From Trichoplax sp. H2 (Eukaryota): a DNA stretch of 48,876 nt. The stretch spans positions 62,001 through 110,876 of the forward strand of contig NOWV01000223.1 of assembly GCA_003344405.1 (NCBI GenBank), in the 5' to 3' direction. Below the pieces are notes generated by a model that ran no database searches, had not been told where the DNA came from, and was given only the letters and a program-made list of their open reading frames with translations. Below, one piece after another: positions 37,020 through 48,876 of the stretch. The number at the start of each line of letters is the position of its first letter. Within the stretch, counting starts at the first letter, position 1. Made by a program: the position numbers and the translations under genes.

Positions 37020-38642
37020 ATGCAAAGATACCTCCAATTTGTGGATCGCTATTTTACTCCCTTGTATCAATTAAGTAAGTCATAATCACGCTTCTATTCA
37101 GCTGTCTTCACGTGCACGAGTATCATGGAATGCTCATGAATGATATGAAAATAAAATGAAAAATCACTGTAAGGTGACATCTTTCGTACTGTATCATGCA
37201 ATACTGTCATGGCTGACCTTGCAATGGATGTCTATTGCGATCATTGTCAACGTTCAATGGGTGTAGTCTTCGTAGTAAGTCAATGCTGTAAGCTTGCCCA
37301 ATAATTTGCAACGCAATAGGGTCATGTTGCACTTGAAATTCATTTCTTTCGTCGTCATTGTATACTATATGGTCAATTAGTGCAGGCCAAGATTCTTGAC
37401 TTGCTTAGTTTATGATGGAGGAACTACGGTTAGATGGCATGATATATGAATAAATGGATTCCAATAGGATAACCCGATCAACTCCGCACACTATTCTGCT
37501 AATTTTATAGCATTTGTTAGACTGGCACCATATCTCTCAATGTCTTATTCATTGGATAGAAATGCCTTTTTTTGGACTGCTTGTAGAACAGTACAGTATC
37601 ACCAAAGGCAATACATTCCTATCCTTATTCATTATTGTTATTATATTATATTAATTACAATTATAGATGTAAAAGGCAAAGCCTTAGAAGATCACCTAAT
37701 TTTACAGCATAGCAACAGGTATGTTCAGTATCCAAGATGGTTATAAATAGACCATGCACAACATACCAGGATATGTATAAATTCAGCACTGTATCTACAA
37801 ATATTCCATGCTTGGATAGGAAGTAAGGCAATGCCTATTTTATTTCTATATTCTTCAAGAATATGTATCGTTACTGTTGCTCCATCGCATGCCATGTTTC
37901 AATGCCGCAGAAAGATTACCAATGTCGATTTTCAAGTGACATCAAAACTGAATCGTTTAGATAATAAAGTATCAGGAAAGAGAAAACGTTAGTCAGTTGT
38001 CAATTCCTCTTGACAATCCGTACCAATTGATTTGATTTCCATACATATCAATTTCTACGGTCTTTATAGCCTTATTCTCGAGTGTGGAATATGCCCGTAT
38101 TGCAATACATTAATACCATCATGTGCTATCAAATTTGAATATTATCTTACAGGTGGAGCTCAAATGGTCAATGAAACTTCTCCTCTGTGTCACATTACTT
38201 GTGATGATGGAAGCAAGTATACTATTAGTAGGTAAAACACGTATTGCATAATGCTTGTAGAGCGATTACAGGACATTTTAAATACAAACAAGAATTCATC
38301 TTCGGATAACGATTTCTTTATTATCATTTTATAGTTGCGTCAAAGGCAAACTTATTGAAATTAATGAATTATTAATAGAAAATCCAGATCTACTTGCAGA
38401 AAAGGTTCGATAACCAGCGTTGATACTCATAGCCATTCATAATGATGATTAAAATCAGGCTAAAATATTAACCTAATGTTGGCTTTTCTCTCTATCATTA
38501 GCCATGTACTGAAGGCTTCATCGCTGTAATCTTGCCTCGTAAAGTCAATCGCGATAAAAATGGTGATGACCCTATACTAGGTGATGGCTTTCTTAGTAAA
38601 GAAAGTTATTGTAAAGCCATTGCTGATAGAGTGTCTGACTGA
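37020..38642 (+). CDS. ABITRAM: Protein Abitram / Simiate (FAM206A), actin-binding transcription modulator; 6 exons, ~174 aa
   Basis: Exons 37020-37074, 37667-37718, 37860-37987, 38153-38231, 38335-38404, 38502-38642 (525 nt): VDRYFT..VKGKALEDHLILQHSNRICIVTVAPSH..RLDNKVSGKRKRGAQ..LCHITCDDGSKYTISSCVKGKLIEINE..EKPCTEGFIAVILP, matching the Abitram family sequence. Confidence 0.95.
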
Positions 38643-39041
38643 AATATTTCAAATGTCAATTCGCCATTTTTAATTGCATACACCTAAAGTCAAATGATTC
38701 GTATCGATTTCATTGACTTATTGTAAATACTGTACGTGTCGGATTTCGTTCCATAAAGATATTAGATGCTGTAAAAAAAACTGCGGTGAAACTGATTTTT
38801 TAGCGACGTTATAAACGTTTATTTAAAAAACGTAGCCTACATTGAAGCTAAATAGTAATGACAGTATCAGCTACTAATGCCTAAATTCTGATGAATCCAT
38901 AAGCATTCAAGAAATAAATTGTGATATTACCCTTCAATGGAGGTTTTCCAATTGAGTTCGTTATTAATTATAATCATCATCACGTTTCCACTATCCTCAA
39001 CATAGTTAATGAAATATGCATGCACTTTAGACAGAAATAAA

Positions 39042-41659
39042 TTATTGTCCTGATGGAGATATTCTTTTACATAGCTCATCGATTAAATCATCAATTCCAT
39101 CGGAAACAACCAACCCTTGCATGGACACATCATCAATAAAGCCGGATGTAGCGGCATTTTCTGCCTACATCACATCAATAATTAATCCTCAATTACTTGA
39201 CAGCAAAATCTGCTATATTAAATATCTGTGATGCTCAACTGCAATTATTATAATAGATGCCTTACCCATTTAAGAAAATGGTCATAATATCCTTTCATAT
39301 TAAATAAACCCACTGGCTTCGAATGTTTTCTAATACGAAAACTACAGCAATGGCATTGAACAAATTTAATGAAACACAAAACAGTGGCTAGTTTTATGAC
39401 ATTTGTGCACTGTAATTATAAGATATAATTTCAATCAAGTATCATTTATTAGCTACCCATGCTTGTTACTCATAAAATCATCTTACCCGGTCCAAATGTC
39501 AGTGACTTCATCAACGGTGCCAATGCCTCCAGGTAAGGCAATAAATGCGTCTGACTATTTTATGGAATTGCGATTTAGTATCCACAAAGGTAAACGATGT
39601 TCATTAGCCCGGTACCATAATAATAATACAAGTGCATTATACATTCCAAGAATGTTATATTAGCAATTACACAAGAGTATTCCTAAAAACTATTTGATAC
39701 CAGCAGCATTTACCTTTTCAAACATAATCTTTTTTCGTTCGTAAAAATTGGGGACAATAATGGTTTCGCCGACTGCATTACGATGCCTCGAACCTACAGT
39801 AAAACGTTTGCATGCATCCAATGATGTGAATAAGAAACTCTCAAGCATAATGTTAACGGTACTTTTAGCAAGGGCGGTCGCTAACAAGGGCTCTAGCATT
39901 CATGGTTGATATTCGGCAAGTTGCCCTCTATCGTTACAAAGCTTACAATAATGTAGAACGATTCCAAAATTGCAGCATACTTTCTACATTCATACGGAGT
40001 AGCTATTGCTTTCTAAACTGTAATGCTATTGCAATCGAAAGAACTAACCTTCAAAAAAATCGGGTATAACACCAGTAATATGACCACCTCCTTCAGCAAC
40101 GCCGTTGGCTACAGCTCCCATTAAGCCCAAATTGCCACCACCATATACTAAATCAATTTTCCTAGCAGCTAATCGTGCTCCTAACTCTGTAAGAATGTTT
40201 GCATATTATTAATAACTCCTTATCACCCTGCTTTTATTAGTAGATGTGTTTATGCTAAAGAATCCCATATTTTTATAGTTTACTTTTTCGTTCATAGCTA
40301 CATTAGGACAATCCTCCAGTTCTGTCAATATCTACATATAGTATTTTACTATTATAAGGAAATTAATTGATAGGTTTAACAAGTATTTATGATTTTTTTG
40401 GTTGGCATGGGAGCTGAAATAGTTGGATTATCACAACTATGCTAGAACAGCACCAATCATACAAAGATTAATTCTAAATCACTGCAACACACTAAGCATA
40501 CAGAATAGGCATAGATCAGGGAAGTACTTACAATTATCAAAGCATTCTAATCTTACACTATTTATTTAGTCATATATCGATTAAATTTTCTATTTCTTAG
40601 CCTACTTGCAACTGTTACATTTCTGTATGCACGACCTTCTCTGTATACCTAATGTACTTTACTTAGAATGAAAGTAATTGAATCTACGCGTATGATCAGT
40701 ATGAAAGTAATTATATTCTAGGTCAATTTTTGATACTACTTTTCCAGAATCGTTCGTAAGTCTAGAAATAACACTGTTTTTATATTTACTTATATGTACG
40801 AACTACTGCAGAACTACTGTAGTTGACACAAGGAATGTGTAGTGTAGGAAAAATACGTTCTATGGTGCGACTCCCGATTATATCATCGTAAGTAAGATGG
40901 CAGCGTTAGACTTGAGTAGACCAGTGGTATCAGAGATTCTATTTAGGCAGTAGGATAGATGAGTACTGCGAGTGGATCATTTTCGAGATGATCGCTATAC
41001 CTTTACGTGAGAATACAGGGAGCTTCGGAAGTTGGCATCAGTCTGTATCAGTAACTCGTTATGATAAATCCGGAGTAAGATGACAATCATAACTAACCTG
41101 AGGTCTCTCACTCTGAAAAGCAATACTCCATATTGAGCTGGATAAGGAAATTGGCAGATTAAAAGAAATTTGACTAGGGAGAATCATTCAATTTGTTCAA
41201 TATCTTTATCAATACGCTATCATGAAGGATAACATAAGGCTGACTCCTCTTGAAGGGAGTAGAGTCTGAAATCTAAGATGTCGCTGTGTGAATCTTATGT
41301 TTTATACGTTTAGGGCTACTGTAACTTTCAACCCTGATTTTAAGCAATAAACTGTTGTTATCTGCTACCGTTAGGAGCTGTTTATTTGAGTTGCAGCTGC
41401 ATAGCAAGGATAGAAATAGTACTTTACTACACAATGTTACTTTACATTCTGCCGCTGTAGCAAAGTCGACCTCAAAGCGCTTTATTTGCCTGATCAACAG
41501 CTCCATCATGCAGACTCATCCAGTACTCGTACATGTAACTCATTCACTGGCGGTAAACCCATTCACAACAGGCTCGCACATATAAAACTAACCTTTGGCT
41601 AATCTCATATAAGATTCATCATTACCAGGCAAGCTACCACAATAAACGGCAAATTTCAT
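39042..41659 (-). CDS. LOG: LONELY GUY (LOG)-family nucleotide monophosphate phosphoribohydrolase (cytokinin riboside 5'-monophosphate phosphoribohydrolase-like); 6 exons, ~183 aa
   Basis: Exons 41659-41593, 40186-40049, 39793-39714, 39554-39487, 39341-39266, 39164-39042 (552 nt): MKFAVYCGSLPGNDESYMRLAKELGARLAARKIDLVYGGGNLGLMGAVANGVAEGGGHITGVIP...FYERKKIMFEKSDAFIALPGGIGTVDEVTDIWTGFRIRKHSKPVGLFNMKGYYDHFLKW...GFI; PGGxGTxxE signature and ERK arginine intact. Confidence 0.93.
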
Positions 41660-42217
41660 GTTGGAATTGATATAACCAGCTGACTCAATGTAGCGAAAAT
41701 TCTTTTGCAGTCTTTTGCAGCAGCGATGCAGCGATGGCAACAGCAGAATGATCTAGTACGGTACTTACCGCCTCGTGTCTGTATGTCTGGATATCTGTAC
41801 AGTCTTCATTGACCAGTTTGACCACCTGCACATTCTATGACAAGATTTCATTTTGCTGGTCATTTCAACTGAAACGCATACCTGAAGCAATACGTTAGAC
41901 TATCGGCAAATTGCCATCCAAATTAGATGCTTGGTGGATTTTGTTAATGATAGTTTTGATTTGGGTGCATTATTTTGCACTGAACGGCCATTTCTCGTCG
42001 TCTCTTGTTCGACAGTAGTAGGCCCCGATGGTACGAGTATAGCATACTGCATTTATAATATATTGTAAATATACCATTGTGACAGTGTTATATAGAGTAG
42101 TCGAGTAGAAATATCTATGTTAGGATAATTTTGTTAGCCTACCCTTATTTACTTAACTTCTAATTTTGGATATATTGAGTTGGAATGTAGCACTGGCTTT
42201 TTAAGACAGTGACATAT

Positions 42218-42628
42218 TGTGACGGTGTTATCTCACCATTTGAATAGATTTACGTAATCTTAGCTAATATGGTAGAACTGATGATAACTTGATGTTGTTG
42301 TTTACTAATTACTGTCGATATATGACCATGTTATGTTAAATGGATTGTTTAACAGTAATAAAGATTATTATGACTTAATAGAATAATCTCATATTATCTC
42401 TTAGTCGTAATCATGTGTAAAGAGGTATCCAAGTTGTTCTTGTCGTTGTTATGTTCGATTATCATCGAGCCCTATAAAAGCGAGTGCGCTGCGCAAAAGG
42501 CTCTAGTTGTTGTAGTTCTCCAGTTTGCAAGTCGTCTTTACGTAAAATAAAAGGGCGTTTAAGTCATAAGTTTGCTTAAGGACTTATATCTTGCGTTTCC
42601 TTGCCACAAACAATTCCGGTTTGTGACA
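42218..42628 (+). mobile_element. Solo LTR of an LTR retrotransposon (411 bp), copy 2
   Basis: Ends TGTGAC...GTGACA; perfect 5-bp TSD CATAT (42213-42217 and 42629-42633); TATAAAAG at 42473-42480 and AATAAA at 42546-42551; 13 bp shorter than copy 1. Confidence 0.9.
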
Positions 42629-42717
42629 CATATATGCAGTACATATACTGAAATTAAGAGTTACTAGCGCAAACTCCCGTCGCTTTACTGACGGTTTACG
42701 ATAATGTGCTCATTTAA

Positions 42718-42782
42718 CAGAGGTTCAGTAACTTTATACCGTACCGTGTAGACCTGTCAGAGGTTCAGTAACTTTATACCGT
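42718..42782 (+). repeat. Short direct duplication of cagaggttcagtaactttataccgt
   Basis: Identical 25-mers at 42718-42742 and 42758-42782. Confidence 0.85.
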
Positions 42783-42810
42783 GTACTGTGTACTTTATCA
42801 ACTATTGAAG

Positions 42811-43022
42811 AAGAGTATATAAATGCAGTATATCATGTGAAATAATTAATTCTGAAGCTTAGTGTTTATCGTAAAATACGAGGCGTCTAAGTCTTTGCGT
42901 AGTCTACCAGTAGGCCAAAAGTGTTCCTGATAATGCAGATATCCATTCCTCGATACGTGGTCAACAAATGGACTTATTGATCATACATTACGTTATCTTG
43001 TTGCAAAGTTGTTTTGCGACAA
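42811..43022 (+). repeat. Dispersed repeat family B, copy 2
   Basis: Diverged colinear match to 15931-16141. Confidence 0.75.
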
Positions 43023-43159
43023 CCATATATGTAGGTTTTATAATACAGTTCCGAAACAGTCATAGACCAAAGTCGTCAAGAATCGACAGACTGTAGGGTC
43101 AAAATCTGCAATTTTTCAAGATTCTGAAATAGGAGTATGGCCGGTAGTTGGTGATAGAA

Positions 43160-44335
43160 CCCAATGCATAGATATTTCGTACACTCGTTTTACTGAATAC
43201 CCTATTTCAATATCCTAATAATTAATCGTTATGATAGTAGGATGCGCATATATGAGTGGAAGTAATAAGCATAAAGAGAACCTGAACTCGGCAATGGTTG
43301 CGAGCCTTGATACACGTGTATTTTAGTCAGTGCGATCTCAACAATAATGATCCAACGTTAGACGTTTTTGTAAAATGTCCCGCGAAAGATGATAGATACA
43401 TTTGTGTCTAAACACATGTACATTAATGCATTAAATCTCTTAACTGAGTAGCCTATTTCAGTATCCTGGTAAGGGAAATTAGATAAAGCGTATGGAATTG
43501 TCGATAATTTATATTCAACGTTAAACGTTCTAGTAAAATTATCCCTGTGATATAATATATATCGGTATTTAAACCCACCTACTATACAATGTACATAAAC
43601 AGTACATCTTTATACTGAGTAAGTTAGACATGTTATTCTCCTCTTACTCTCTGGGACTCAAACTCGTTACAAGCCCCAGCTTTTACTCCCAGCAAGATAA
43701 TGTGCAAATCTTAGAACTTTAAAATTACCTTTTATTCACGCACCCTTATTTCGGAAGTAGCTTAGTAATTCCAATTTCTACAAACGTGATCACTCACAAC
43801 GTTATGATTCTAAAAGAACTGTTCCTTGTGCTAGTGCACGAGTCTATTTATCTCTTAGTTACGCGATTCTCAGTCGAAACAGCTGGTCCTGAGCTATACC
43901 CATATACAATATCATACGTCGTACTTTACAATTACAACAAGACATTTTGTAAAATATCCTTGTGATGGATGATATACATCCGTGTCTAAACCCATCTACG
44001 TAACCTCGTACATCTTTTTACTGAGTATCCTAATTCAGTATCCTATTAAGGGAAGATACATAAATGCGGAACTGTCGATAATTCATACAACGTTAAACGT
44101 TTTGTAAAATGTCCCCGAGATGGATGCTATACAGCCATGTCAAAGCCCATTTACACAGGCGGTATATCTTTTTACCGAGTAGCCTATTTCAGTGACTTTT
44201 TAATTAAGGGAAAATATATACTGCATGAGGAACTATCGATGATTTATACAACGTTAGACATTTTGGTAAAATATTCACGTGATGAATGATATATATCCGT
44301 GTCTAAAGATATCTACATATACAATATATCTATAC
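43160..44335 (+). repeat. Interrupted tandem array of a ~150-165-bp unit (about 5 copies plus a partial)
   Basis: Units begin caacgtta(g/a)acgttttgtaaaat (degenerate in some copies) near 43353, 43517, 43936, 44088 and 44249, and share gatgatata..ccgtgtctaaa..actgagta.cctatttcagta..aagggaa..ggaactgtcgataatt. Confidence 0.85.
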
Positions 44336-45288
44336 TCGTGTATACGCGTAATAAAAATAATTAAAGAGATTGATAAAAGGAGATTTACAGCAGACATTTA
44401 TAAAATATTATCATGATTGATAAATATAGCTTCTTGCTTAAATTACCTCATGGAAAACTACCATTTGTTCCGACTTCTGTGCGAAAGTTTACGGTAATTC
44501 GTGAACAAGGAAATTTGCGGTTGAATTTAAAGTTTGTGTACTAAGGTAATCTTAAAGCTCATGTTTTGCTAAATATTTGAACTATGCAGTAAGTAAGACC
44601 TTAAGAAGGCTTTGGATGGTGATAACTTTACTATTTTAAAACTATTTCAAGCCAAAATTTGTCACCGGGTCCCTAATTCATATAGCTGATGTTTGTCTAT
44701 TTAAACTGATTTCCTTTGGACAGCAATTATATCTTAAACACAAAGACAGACGGATACAGAATGGCTAATTTCTTAAATCAGAATCATTTATCCAAGATAT
44801 TCCTTAAAGGTTATCGTAACCATAATATCAGCAAACCTAGAACTAGTAATAAGACCTTATATCGGAATAAGAACCTTTAATAAACAAAAATGTTTTGATA
44901 TCAATGCGTTATTAGTCTGAATAAACGTGGCTGCTGACATTTGCTGACTTTCCCATAGACTTATGATACAATTAACATACTCTTTAGCTCATACAAATAA
45001 TGTGGAAGTAGACCTGGGTAATAAACACACGGTGGAAGCGTAATGAAAAGATTTTAAATATTATATCGGCCTTTATTAGTAGAAATCATGGTAAGAATCT
45101 ACATACTGCACGTTATCTAAATCTTAGTTAATTTTATAGCGTTTAATAACTGAATTTTATCTCCTAATAAGAACGCGTGCGGCAAAAATTTCACCTGAAG
45201 CTGACTTCAAGATTTCGATCATACTATGATAATAAAAACAAAAACAATACAGGTGAAATAGAAAGAACACAAATTTTTTTTGTTACTA

Positions 45289-46395
45289 TTATAAACAACG
45301 AAAACGTTTTCGAACAGCCCTAAAATTGTCTTGAGATAGGAATATGATCGGAATAACAACACAATCTGCATGTAACATAATAACCAAAATATACTCATAG
45401 AATAAATTTATTTTCAAGATACCGGATAAACTAAGTGCAATCAACGTCGATACACAAACATAGCAAATAAAAAATATTAAGCAGATAATAACTAATCGAA
45501 TAATAATTTTGATATCAGCAGCATTGGTTTTGTTGACTAGTGGATTTGTTGACCGAGATAACTGATCGATAATTCGCCTTCGGGCTTTACGAACAATTTG
45601 AAATATTTTGGAATAATAGTGGCATACTAAACAAATTGGAACGGCAAAATAAAGTATAGTAAGTAAAATGTTATAAGTAAAATGCCATGGTTGTACTCTT
45701 CTCATATCATCAAATAATGAGCAGCTACCAATAATGCCATTGTAGACAAATTTTCCCCAAACATCACCAATGGAGGGAGCCAAAGTTAAGATTGGTAGTA
45801 CCCACGTAATAATGATAATGAAAGATACTTTACGAAAGAGTATAAACCACTTTGATCTAGGACGACGGGATACGCAGTAGTATTGAATAATAGCTAAACT
45901 AGTTAGCGTTAAAACATTTGTCATATTGAATGCAATCGATGAGCCACCAAGTAACCGACAACTGAAGCTATTGCTGTGAAAAATTTGAAAGGATGATGTC
46001 GTATAACGAAAGATGACTTTGATGGTCCTAGGAAATCAGTAAGATTAAAATTAATAATGCAATCAGAAAAGAACAATTGGAAATTTTCTCATAGATGAAA
46101 CAAATAAGAAATAAAGATCTTGACTTCCAGATAAGAATACATTTTGCCTGAAGATGAATACGACAGGAGATAGACTATCTACTTACTCTATGATCATAAA
46201 TCCTAAATCAGAGATTGCCAAATTAAGGATAAGCCAATCGGTTGGAGTAATTTTGCTTTGTTGATTGGTTTTGCTTAAAATCAGTAATGCGTTACAGAAC
46301 AGTGAAGCAATAAGAATAATCGACATTAAAACCAATGCGCCAGTGCTATTAGAAATTAAAAGTGGATAGGTGATATTCGATAAATTGTGGGCCAT
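45289..46395 (-). CDS. Divergent rhodopsin-like (class A) GPCR; 2 coding exons, ~315 aa
   Basis: Exons 46395-46187 and 46027-45289 join in phase 2 (948 nt). N-glycosylation sequons NLS/NIT; TM1 SLFCNAL; TM2 ILNLAISDL; TM3 CRLLG...LTSLAIIQYYCV; TM4 ITWVLP; ECL2 WGKFVYNGIIGSC; TM5 YFAVP...YYSKIF; TM6 FFICYV; TM7 DCVVIPIIF; helix 8 DNFRAV. Confidence 0.9.
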
Positions 46396-46576
46396 GATCT
46401 GCCTTTTCTTGAAGTAACTCTTCTATAAAAAGATCAAAGTTGAAACCGTTGCTTTAGCTCAATTTTGCTCACCGCCAGCAGGTAATGGGTAAGAAAGTTA
46501 TAAAATTAAGCTATTCCAGTAGATAATACAATCAGTAATAGTGTGAAATAGTAGGCAGATTTCTAGTCTTTCCTTC

Positions 46577-46586
46577 CTTTTATATA
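46577..46586 (-). promoter_or_regulatory. Possible TATA box of the class A GPCR gene
   Basis: TATATAAAAG on the minus strand ~185 bp upstream of the ATG; weak evidence in an AT-rich genome. Confidence 0.3.
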
Positions 46587-48502
46587 CAACTACGTGATGT
46601 TTTTGAGATAGCTTTCAAATGATGCCAATTGGTTTACTTGGAAATAATACTGAATTCATCTAAGTAATTCGAATCCAATTTAAATCTGGTATTGACATGA
46701 TGTCCTCAATGTTATTTTACTATTTAATCTTGCTATTGTTATTTAACTTTACGTTTAATAATCCTTATTGATTACTTCATGATACTGTCTTGATGGGACT
46801 GCTTTAAATGACGTCTTAGCTGTTGCCACTGTTATTACGGCTGTCAACGCCGCTACTAAATGAGGGGCTAGTCAATAACTTTCAAATTTCTCAATATTAC
46901 AAATCGTTAATTTTTTTGTATAATATCTGAATTCGCAACAATCACTGCGTTCTTATTCGAAAGCTGTTAATTAAAGGATATGACGATAACTCATCTAATA
47001 TCGACACACTTTCTTATAAATATTACTAATAACTTTGGAAATACCGAAAGACCACCTTCGAATACAATGTTATGTCTTATTGAAAGCGAAACCGGGCACA
47101 ACTGATATTTAGGCTTTGACTAACATCACTTACATTAAGGTATTTATATCTATGAGTAAGCGAGATAATGAAGCAAGAATTATATCTTTCAAAGGAGTGC
47201 AAAGGAATATTGCTTTAATAGTGATGTTAAACAATAGCTGGTGGTATAAGCGTAGGTAAACTGCAGCATTTTGTGATTGCAATATTAGGATAACAATAAT
47301 TCAATTAACCAATATTTATTGCAACTCCCAGTTATTAACTTCTGATACATAAACAATAGTTTTGTCAATATAGAATAAATCTAATTTTCCATTAGATTTC
47401 TAACTGATACTGGCTAACTTTCTATCACTTAGTGATCATTCTGTCACCTGAGTTAATTCATCTGTGAATTAAGTCTAAATAATATATTGTCAAAAATTAG
47501 ATGTTTAACAATGAACAATACTAAAAGAATTTATTAGAAAATCTATCATTTTCCTTTAGAGGTAAACAGAAGACAATTAGCAGAATAGATCTTTCATTGT
47601 CATAAATATTAACTTTACTGCCTATCAAAATTTTAATTATTTTTCGAATAACAAAATTCAGACAGTTTATCCGACTCTTTTTTTAAATTAGAGTTTTTCA
47701 GGTAAACATGCTTGAGGATTTTATAATTTAGAACGACAATAACAATAAACAGGAACTAATCAATTCCATACAACGCATTGGATTAACGTAATATTACTGC
47801 ATTTGTTTTTGTAATTCTATTCATCATTTCCCGATTTAAACGAATATCTGGAAGTTTACAATTCTTGTTTAAGTTAGGCTTACATTTTAAACACCTTTTT
47901 ACTTTAATTTTACCTATGGAGTAATAATATGTATTAATAAAATTATTTACTATCTCGTGGATTGAAGTCTCTATAATAATATTTATTTCAGAAGTAAAAT
48001 TTCTATTATGAATTGCACTACTATTTGCATTCATTCCCTGATGATTATAATAGATTATATTATCTAAATAAGAGTATAGTCTACTAGTGCGACGTTATAT
48101 GGCTAGGTAGGTATGAAAAATAAAGAATTAAATCATTTATTGTATTATTTCTTTGCGGCCAAAAACTATGTACAGTATTTCATAGCTTTCACTCCTAACT
48201 ATGAGCACGAAATTGGATTATATACGTTTGAGATATTAGTATCAATCAGTTAGTATAATTAAATGACCTCATTTTATCTAATTATTCTGGCAAAAATATC
48301 TAAAATGAAATCTTAAAGGTCAACAAGGATATGTATCATGTTAAGATTCTTTCTGCAATTCTCTATATCAATTAATTAGGAGATTCTCATTTTTTTCATG
48401 GCAAGTTTAGTAGTCTTGGTTTTACCATAGAAACTGATCCATCCTGTTATAATCTTAAAGTGAGTCTTAAAATTTGGAATCGTATCAGCACTTGCATAAA
48501 CA

Positions 48503-48876
48503 CGGTTGTGATATATACCGATCACGAAATTCCAAATTTTAGAAAAATAAGGGCTTCATTGAATCTTATACAAAGATTAACTGCACACAGCTCTACTCTA
48601 GCCGAATACTACTACTAAAGACTTCTAGAACGAACTAACTGAATAATCTAAAGTTGCATGCTTTTATACTTTTCGTAGTATTCGCAGCTACAATCCGCAT
48701 GGCAACCTTTTACCTTATATTACACATAGTTAAATTATTCTTAGTAAGACTATTCTACTGCGGACCATCATTAATCCAATATGGATACGACTACAGTACT
48801 TACGTAGACATTATTCACACCAGCCAAAGTACAATGAATTAACCATATCCTAATGTCTGATTTACAGTTCTATTTT
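48503..48876 (+). repeat. Dispersed repeat family C, copy 2 (runs to the window end)
   Basis: Inverted, diverged homolog of 28800-29170; ORF 48654-48842 is homologous to ORF 28831-29019. Confidence 0.85.

Noticed and set aside
36446..37074. 159-aa and 140-aa ORFs rich in Y/S/T/V/Q/C/L
   Set aside because: Translations of CAGTA/TACTG repeats; the real ABITRAM start is ATG 37020 in another frame.
21798..38642. Functional cluster of membrane-trafficking and actin genes (PLEKHB, FGD, ABITRAM)
   Set aside because: Thematic similarity of three neighbours is weak evidence without synteny data.
41273..41585. Overlapping 76-78-aa ORFs in LOG intron 1
   Set aside because: No recognisable domain or supporting exon structure; likely chance ORFs in a less AT-rich segment.
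20673..42628. One 22-kb LTR element carrying four host genes between the two LTRs
   Set aside because: Each LTR has its own TSD (CATCC/CACCC versus CATAT), no gag-pol is visible between them, and the enclosed genes retain introns, so these are independent solo LTRs.
43160..44335. CRISPR array or C/D snoRNA cluster
   Set aside because: Units are homologous along their whole length with no unique spacers; the box C-like TGATGA appears in only one copy; eukaryotic context with no cas genes.

Overview
AT-rich, intron-dense eukaryotic DNA from a compact invertebrate-type animal genome. Composition, short introns and gene repertoire are consistent with a placozoan such as Trichoplax, which is an inference. 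By manual splicing I reconstruct six protein-coding genes: (1) a ~34-exon adhesion GPCR with signal peptide, C-type lectin domain, micro-exon-built Ser/Thr stalk, GAIN/GPS and 7TM (+, 3545-18671); (2) an evectin/PLEKHB-like PH protein with an unusual His-rich tail (+, 21798-24349); (3) an FGD-family RhoGEF, DH-PH-FYVE-PH (-, 26646-33465); (4) ABITRAM/Simiate (+, 37020-38642); (5) an intron-containing LONELY GUY (LOG)-family nucleotide phosphoribohydrolase with intact catalytic motifs (-, 39042-41659), the most unexpected gene in an animal context; (6) a divergent class A GPCR (-, 45289-46395). Non-coding features include two solo LTRs with TG..CA ends and their own 5-bp TSDs, CAGTA/TACTG arrays concentrated just upstream of genes, a duplicated CRE+octamer cassette in the FGD/ABITRAM divergent promoter, three older dispersed repeat pairs and a ~160-bp tandem array. 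No rRNA, tRNA or CRISPR features were recognised. Exon coordinates were read by eye and need RNA-seq confirmation.
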